DNA of 64,000 nt from Lama guanicoe. Lineage: Eukaryota. Within the stretch, counting starts at the first letter, position 1. Each line of letters opens with the position of its first letter. The position numbers were made by a program, and so were the translations under genes. The notes under the pieces were generated by a model. That model was not told the origin of the DNA, did no database searches, and worked only from the letters and a program-made list of their open reading frames with translations. The stretch lies in the NCBI GenBank assembly GCA_013239625.1, contig MU054187.1, forward strand, positions 7,474,358 through 7,538,357. Reading direction: 5' to 3'. Of this stretch, positions 61,831 to 64,000 are shown piece after piece.

Positions 61831-62654
61831 TCTCAGTCTTCCTGTGGGACACGCAGTCCGTCCCCTGCTACACAAGCATGATGTAAGAATAATGCATTTT
61901 GGAAACTGAGTATGAGCCGTCATCGTGAGGGAAACATCATTACCGTCTCCTAGAATAATGGTCGCACAGCCCTGTCTTTTACTCTCCAGATTCATTTCTG
62001 ACCTTGATCTTTGATGCAGAAAAATATGTGTAAGGATACAAAAGAGACGATAACTGGGTCCAGGAAAGCACGTTTTCTAAATCATTTGTATTATCTTATC
62101 AAGTATCTAGAAATGTACTCATGAAAGCCTCACCACCGTTAACTATGCATGGTTGGTGCTGGGAATACATCACCATGCCTACCTGTGAGTTACCAGTTAT
62201 CAGTCCGGCAGGAAGCATTTATGTCCTTGCTGTGCCTCTGAACCCAGCATGGCTGTTGGAAATCTGGGTGCTGTCAGAAAGGACAGTGGAAACAAAAACA
62301 GACTGTATTATCCTCCTCTTTTCAAAATCACTGTGCTTTTTGCTCTTGATTTCCTATTGCTTAGAGGTTTGAGTTTTAACTTCTCAGCTTGGCAATTCAA
62401 GAAATTCCATGTTCTGACCCTAGCTTATACGTCCACCTTTATATAACAGTCCTGAGTAGGGACTCGGGTCCACTGGCAAGGATGCTGCTGTCCCTCTCAT
62501 ATGTCAGGGTCACTTTAATCTTCACTTTGCTCAGACAGCATGATTTGTTCATTTCTCTGTCTATCCACATTCTCTCTCATTCCTCAAAACCAGAGTGAAG
62601 TGTGGCTTTCTGATTTCTCCTAATGCCTTCAATATATACTATGATCGTGATCGT

Positions 62655-62885
62655 AGTTCAGGAGAGTGGCTAAGGGTTCAGATGCTGAGGTCAGATTTAG
62701 GTGGATACAAGGCTTCCTCATTTGCTCTTTGGGAGTTATTAACTTCTTTCTCTAAGCCCAGTTTCCTCACCTGCAACATGCAAATAGATCAAATTACCTT
62801 ACAGAATTATTATGAGAGTCGATGAACTTTCACATGGAAAATGTTTCATTTTGAATAGCCACAATCTTAGATGCTTAATAAACGC
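62655..62885 (+). mobile_element. MIR SINE
   Basis: gagtggctaagggttcagatgctg...ttattaacttctttctctaagcccagtttcctcacctgcaacatg. Confidence 0.75.
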
Positions 62886-62999
62886 TTTGAACTCAATTTA
62901 ATTGGAGTTAAAGGAAAAGAAGTAACAGCTTTGGCATAACAGTCCTTTAGTCAAGTCTGCATAAGGCTTTAATTCATTGTGGTAGAGAGCACAAGAGAT

Positions 63000-63650
63000 T
63001 GCTGTGCGAGCGGTGGTGAAGGACTGAGAATTTTGTGTTCAGTTTTAGAAATATAAAGTAGACAAAAGTTTAGGACATTCAAGAAGAAGCAGGTAGGATT
63101 CACAAGTCTGGTAATCACGGAGAGACCTGGGTTGGAGATATCAATTTCCAAGTTACCCCCGTCTGGGTGGTAACTGAAGCCATAGGTGTATATGGGATCA
63201 TGTGGAAAAGAGTCTAGAGTGTAAAATGGAGAGGATCCAAGAACAGAGATGAAAGATTAGAGGTTCGCTGACAGGCTGCATAGGAGACCAGCAGTTTGCA
63301 AAGGAAGCAGAAAAGTTGCAGGAAGACGAAGGTAAGACAGCAGGAGGGCCAGGTCCCCAGTTGGAGGAGTGCCAACCCAAGAAGGCTGGCATGTTTGGTG
63401 TTGCCAGACTCTTCTGTTTTCTCTGCAGATGGCCACCGTGGACCTTTGTGGGAGCCGCTGGAGTGTTATGTGGAGTGGATCAAAGAAAAGATGGGAAATA
63501 AATAGAGACATTGGGTAGAGAAAATCATTTTAAAAGTGACTGTTAGGGAAGAATAGAGACAGGGGCAGAATTCACAGTGGAATCTGGACCCTGCTGATTT
63601 TTGTTAAAGGGAGAGATTTAAGCTTCTTTAAGAGCCAGTGGGAAGGATGT
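63000..63650 (-). mobile_element. LINE-2 fragment
   Basis: gagagacctgggttggagatatcaattt...ggtggtaactgaagccatagg...gaccagcag. Confidence 0.6.
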
Positions 63651-63655
63651 AGATC

Positions 63656-64000
63656 TGTAATGGGCTGAACTGGTCTTGCAAAATTCGTATGTTGAAGTCC
63701 CAGCCTCCAGTCTCTCAGAATGTAACCTCATTTGGAAACAGGTTCATTGACAATGTAATTACTTAAGATGAGGTCATACTGGAGTAAGATGGCCCTAATC
63801 CAGTGTAAATGATACCCTTACAAAAAGTGGAAGTTTGGACACAGAGATATCCACCTAAGGAGAAAGCCAGCTGAGGATGAAGACAGAAAATGGAGTGATG
63901 CTTCTGCAAGCCAAGGAAAGCCAAAGATTGCCAGTAAACCATCAGAAGGCAGGTGCGAGGCATGGGGCAGCAGCATCCAAAGCCCTTTAGGAGGACTCTG
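63656..64000 (+). mobile_element. MaLR LTR (MLT1B/C-like), running off the window end
   Basis: tgtaatgggctgaactg...aattcgtatgttgaagtcc...taagatgaggtcatactggagtaag...caagccaaggaaagccaaagattgccag. Confidence 0.85.

Noticed and set aside
1..64000. Prokaryotic-type systems (CRISPR arrays, operons, defence islands, phage genes)
   Set aside because: Mammalian repeat content throughout; no regularly spaced repeats and no dense ORF packing.

Overview
Eukaryotic (mammalian) genomic DNA, repeat-rich and CpG-depleted; not prokaryotic, and no CRISPR, operon or intact RNA gene is visible. Two tRNA-derived SINEs with clean target-site duplications resemble the camelid vic-1 family, and I saw no Alu, Bov-tA/BovB, PRE-1 or Can-SINE, so a camelid genome is the likely source (inference). 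Roughly half of the window is recognisable interspersed repeat: L1 and L2 fragments, MIRs, MaLR/ERVL/ERV1 LTRs, MER20, a MER33-like element and MADE2. There is also a 3'-truncated 5S rRNA retropseudogene. I recognise no intact protein-coding gene. The strongest unexplained signal is a series of unique-sequence islands on the minus strand (about 45.4-45.65, 39.8-40.5, 37-38.4, 18.5-18.75, 10.05-11.4, 8.6-8.9, 3.8-3.9 and 0.8-1.4 kb). Most are bounded by GT/AG splice signals, several junctions are phase-compatible, and the long frames are broken by isolated TGA/TAG stops and frameshifts. This fits a decayed multi-exon gene (unitary pseudogene or pseudogene-derived lncRNA) that I cannot name. Repeat family names come from memory of consensus sequences, and boundaries are approximate unless a TSD is cited.
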